From the NCBI GenBank assembly GCA_030390025.1, contig CM059426.1, forward strand, positions 248,001 through 312,000: a DNA stretch of 64,000 nucleotides, in the 5' to 3' direction. Shown here piece by piece: positions 61,660-64,000 of the stretch (position 1 is the stretch's first letter; the number at the start of each line of letters is the position of its first letter). This stretch comes from Squalus acanthias (Eukaryota). A program made the position numbers and the translations under genes. Below the pieces are notes generated by a model. The model did no database searches. It had not been told where the DNA came from and was given only the letters and a program-made list of their open reading frames with translations.

Positions 61660-62670
61660 GAGACCAATTATCTCAGCCCCAGGACATTGCTACGTGAGTT
61701 CCTCAGGGTAGTGTCTGAGGCCCAACCATCTTTAGCTGCTTCATTTCCTACCTTCCCTCCATCATGTCAGAAGTGGGGATGTTCGCTGATGATTGCACAA
61801 TGTTCAGTTCCATTTGCAATTCCTCAGATAATGAAGTAGTCCGTGCCAATGTGCAGCAAGACCTGGACAACATTCTGGCTCGGGCTGATAAGTGGCAAGT
61901 AACATTCATGCCACACAAGTGCCAGGCAATGACCATTTCCAACAAGAGAGAGTCTAACTACCTCTCCTTGACATTCAATGGCATTACCATCATTAAATCC
62001 CCTACCATCAACATCTTGGGGGTCACCATTGACCAGAAGCTTAATTGGACCAGCCATATAAATACTGTGGGCTACAAAAACAGGTCAGAGGCTGGGTATT
62101 CTGCGGCAAGTGTCTCATCTCCTGACTCCCAAAGCATTTCTGCCACTTACAAGGAACAAGTAAGGAGTGTGATGGAATACTCTCCACTTGCCTGGATGAG
62201 TGCAGCTCCAACAACACTCAAGAAGCTCAACACCATCCAGATCAAAGCATCCCGCTTGATCGGCACCCCATTCACCACCTTAAACAATCACTTCCTCCAT
62301 CACTGGCTGCAGTGTGTACCATCTACAAGATGCACTGCAGCAACTCGCCAAAGCTTCTTCGACAGCATCTCCCAAACCCGCGACCTCTACCATCTAGAAG
62401 GACAAGAACAGCAGGCGCATGGGAACACCACCACCTCCAAGTTCCCCTCCAAGTCACACACCATCCTGACTTGGAAATATATCGCCGATCCTTCATCGTC
62501 GCTGGGTCAAAATCCTGGAACTCCCTCCCTAACAGCACTGTGGGAGTACCTTCGCCACACGGACTGCAGGGGTTCAAGAAGGCGGCTCACCACCACCTTC
62601 TCGAGGGCAACTAGGGATGGGAAATACCAGCGATGCCCACATCCCGTGAATGAGTATTTTTTTTAAAAAA
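61660..62670 (+). mobile_element. LINE family 2, ~1-kb 3' fragment containing the RT FADD motif
   Basis: MFADDCTMF...QQDLDNI...WQVTF...KCQAM...MEYSPLAW; frameshifted. Confidence 0.9.
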
Positions 62671-63534
62671 GGTATATTAACCTCTGCCCGTAGATTTGGG
62701 TGTGTGGGTATCTACTTTTTGACATGGAACGCCTCTGATACAACCTGACCTACCTGGTACCCTTTGTTAATCTTCCTTGTTAACTTTTTCTAAAAAGATC
62801 ATTTAAGGGAAACCCATTGATGGCAGTAATGGTGCTGGTGAACGTGCGCTCACAACGGGGAGCTTCACACGGTGGGAGCACACATTGAGAATCTACGGGT
62901 GCACTCCTCACAGTATTCCACCTATTCAGTTTGTAAACAAATTGGTGGGGATCACACCCAGAATTTCCTGATATGTTTTGCCGGCTGCTGAGGCTCCTTA
63001 TCAGGAGATCCCATTCAGGGAATTGGCCCTATGGGACTTTCTTGGGCTGTATGGCTCACTGGATGAACTCATTGACCCTTCTGCAGATTTTAATTTTGGA
63101 AAGGAATCCATTCTGATTTCTCCTCCGATTGAAGTGGCACTGTAAATGGGGCTCCTCAAATGTTGAGGTCATGTTACATGTTAGATATCGTAGAGTACAG
63201 CTGTTGAAACACACAGTCAGTGACGAGTTGCCATTTCGAGCTCTCAATGGAGGGGAAGGAGCTATACTTATTAAACCATGTGAGCTGTGTAAACTGGGTT
63301 AAAGATTAACTGTGACAGTGAAGTGGAATGCAAAGTTAATCTGTGAACTTGAATTCAAGACCTGTATTGGGAGCAGGAAGTGGAAAGGTAAAGCGATTAT
63401 AGAATTTGCAGGGTAGAAAATCATTGTTGTGGTTGTGGAAAATCATTTTTTAAATTAATACTGTCGCTTTGATGTCAAACATTTTAAGCAACCCTAAATA
63501 TGAAATTCTTTTGACAACTGGTCCAATATCAAAT

Positions 63535-63675
63535 TAAATTTTGTTAGGCAAAGATATCAAGGGATTTGGAGTTAAGGCAGCTAAATAGAGTTGAGGTACA
63601 GATCAGCCATGATCTAATTGAATGGGGGAGCAGGCTCGAGGGGCTGAATGGCCTACTCCTGTTCCGATGTTCCTT
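63535..63675 (+). mobile_element. CR1 3' stub (similar stubs at ~7490-7580, 51815-51905 and 59710-59810)
   Basis: gatcagccatgatctaattgaatgg...aggctcgaggggctgaatggcctactcctgttcc. Confidence 0.85.
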
Positions 63676-64000
63676 TGCCCTCTGGAGTTCTTTCCAATAG
63701 ATTACATTGGATGTAATTCCCTCCATTCACTGAGGTTAATGATTGTTCCTTGCCATGATGTAACTGCTCTCTGGCTCTTTTTTTCTCCACCAAAAAAAAA
63801 GACATTGCAAATTATTTTGGTGATGACAGTCTCCCTTTAAATAAACCTCACCATTTGATTCAGGCAGACTTTGTTCAGGAAGGATCTGATTGAACGACTT
63901 CGCTCTTTTGCCCATTGGGGAAAGTTCATTCTGCTGCAGCTGTCTGTATCTGCTTTTTCAATGCGGGGTTTGCTCTTTACTGTTAGATTAAGTTCACTTT

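Noticed and set aside
62972-63145. Plus-strand 57-codon protein-like frame (YVLPAAEAPYQEIPF...)
   Set aside because: No start codon or convincing acceptor, and no recognisable family.

Overview
Eukaryotic, repeat-dense non-coding DNA, most likely from a cartilaginous fish (shark). That assignment is an inference from the repeat families present, not from a database search. No host protein-coding gene could be recognised; there are only a few weak exon candidates. The window contains: (1) CR1-clade LINEs, including one 5'-truncated copy with an unbroken 651-codon RT frame at 1358-3313, a frameshifted 1.4-kb copy and many 3' stubs; (2) a second CR1/L2-group LINE family, old L2 remnants and one RTE fragment; (3) about nine near-full-length tRNA-derived Deu-domain SINEs (SacSINE1-like) and two other SINE families; (4) two Penelope-like (GIY-YIG) families whose pseudo-LTRs carry minimal hammerhead ribozyme motifs; (5) at least six PIF/Harbinger-like MITEs with 3-bp target-site duplications (TSDs); (6) a 54-bp tandem repeat and a 128-N gap. 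Two observations stand out. First, three Penelope insertions have their fold-back or truncation breakpoint inside the hammerhead motif. Second, one MITE family is laid out like a portable CpG promoter, with NRF1/GC-box/CCAAT/E-box motifs, clustered 5' splice donors on one strand and poly(A) signals on the other; a related MITE carries a palindromic two-way splice donor. Boundaries given without a TSD are approximate.
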